Made by a program: the position numbers and the translations under genes
The notes under the pieces: generated by a model
Seen by the model: only the letters and a program-made list of their open reading frames with translations
Database searches by the model: none
What the model was told of the DNA's origin: nothing
Shown: positions 63,240 to 64,000 of the stretch, one piece after another
Position numbering within the stretch: the stretch's first letter is position 1
Layout: the number at the start of each line of letters is the position of its first letter
From: Candidatus Woesearchaeota archaeon
Lineage (GTDB): Archaea; Nanobdellota; Nanobdellia; SCGC-AAA011-G17; UBA489
DNA length: 64,000 nt
Assembly: GCA_018302985.1 (NCBI GenBank)
Contig: JAGVZA010000005.1
Span: 10,281 to 74,280 of the forward strand
Reading direction: 5' to 3'

Positions 63240-64000
63240 ATGAGTGACGACTATTATAAAAGTTTAGGAGTTAGTAAAACTGCTACTGAAGAAGAGATTA
63301 AGAAAGCGTATAAAACATTAGCAAAAAAACATCATCCTGACATCAATAAAGAAGCTGGTGCAGAAGCAAAGTTCAAAGAAATCTCAGAAGCATACGCAGT
63401 ACTCTCAGACAAGCAAAAACGTACTCAATATGATCAATTTGGTAAAGAAGGATTCCAGCAGAGATATTCTTCAGAAGATATTTTCCGTGGATTTGATACT
63501 TCTCAGTTTGAAGATTTATTCGGCGGCTCTATCTTTGATGCTTTATTCGGCGGCGGTGGAAGACGTCAGCGAAAGCAAAAAGGCAGAGACTTAAAAGTTT
63601 CATTAGACATCACTTTTGAAGAAGCTGCATTTGGTACAAAAAAAGAAATCAAAATCAGAAAACCAGAACACTGTGAAGCTTGTGAAGGCACTGGCGCGGA
63701 AGACGGAGAGTTAGAATCTTGTGACACTTGTAAGGGTGCAGGCCAAGTAAGAAAAGCTACTCGTACTCCTTTTGGAAGTTTCATGCAAGTAGGTGTCTGT
63801 CCAGAGTGTCAAGGACAAGGAAAAATTCCAGAAAAAATATGTAAACAATGTCACGGTGAAGGTCGTGTAGAAATACTGAAAGAAATTAAAGCAAATATTC
63901 CAGCAGGTGTAGATACAGGATCAACGTTACGCGTTCCTGGAGAAGGAGAAGCAGGTCCTCATGGAAGTCAATCAGGAGATTTATACATCACAGTCCAAGT
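63240..64000 (+). CDS. dnaJ: molecular chaperone DnaJ (partial, runs off the window; not in ORF track)
   Basis: Manual translation gives [38 protein letters not shown] (J-domain with HPD). G/F-rich linker. Four CxxCxGxG Zn motifs ([32 protein letters not shown]). Confidence 0.93.
   Translation, partial: MSDDYYKSLGVSKTATEEEIKKAYKTLAKKHHPDINKEAGAEAKFKEISEAYAVLSDKQKRTQYDQFGKEGFQQRYSSEDIFRGFDTSQFEDLFGGSIFDALFGGGGRRQRKQKGRDLKVSLDITFEEAAFGTKKEIKIRKPEHCEACEGTGAEDGELESCDTCKGAGQVRKATRTPFGSFMQVGVCPECQGQGKIPEKICKQCHGEGRVEILKEIKANIPAGVDTGSTLRVPGEGEAGPHGSQSGDLYITVQ

Noticed and set aside
63358-63784. Track ORFs 63358..63594 (+) and 63566..63784 (-)
   Set aside because: Both lie inside the dnaJ reading frame (J-domain, G/F linker and four CxxCxGxG motifs in frame from 63240). 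They are out-of-frame or antisense shadows.
1-64000. CRISPR arrays, rRNA genes, IS elements, integrases or prophage
   Set aside because: Scanning by eye found no regularly spaced direct repeats, no rRNA-like conserved stretches and no transposase or integrase motifs. The only mobile-type genes seen are the LAGLIDADG ORFs and the intein.

Overview
AT-rich archaeal chromosomal window. This is shown by rpl44e, rps27e, aIF2-alpha, Nop10, aEF-1beta, RadA, RPA, Pelota, EndoQ, Hef/XPF, TruD, a GINS-like protein and a PAC2 chaperone. A bacterial-type grpE-dnaK-dnaJ cluster is also present. Gene density is high: many 4-nt ATGA overlaps, and TATA boxes about 25 nt upstream of ATGs suggest mostly leaderless first genes. 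The mix of a minimal informational core with many unassignable secreted or membrane proteins looks like a small-genome (DPANN-like) archaeon; that is inference only. No rRNA, CRISPR array, transposase or integrase was recognised. Main points of interest: (1) A ~14-kb type IV pilus-like operon (34138..48040) encodes at least 11 proteins with class-III-signal-like N-termini, and its assembly ATPase is interrupted by a 516-aa LAGLIDADG intein. (2) Three free-standing double-motif LAGLIDADG+HTH genes sit inside housekeeping loci: overlapping endoQ, abutting an insertion-containing tRNA, and between grpE and dnaK. (3) A 37-nt promoter-associated element is shared by the endoQ and radA operons. (4) A six-gene operon includes four secreted or membrane-anchored proteins, three of them paralogous (14764..20403). 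(5) A tightly overlapping four-gene cassette of unknown function (1965..3599) lies next to a small nuclease-like gene, a RelE/AbrB pair and a repeat-flanked Fic gene. (6) A TM-TGxxV motif recurs in four envelope proteins. Several conserved genes are missing from the ORF track (Nop10, a Zn-ribbon next to aEF-1beta, partial dnaJ, small pilin-like ORFs). All calls rest on motif recognition by eye; no searches or folding programs were run.
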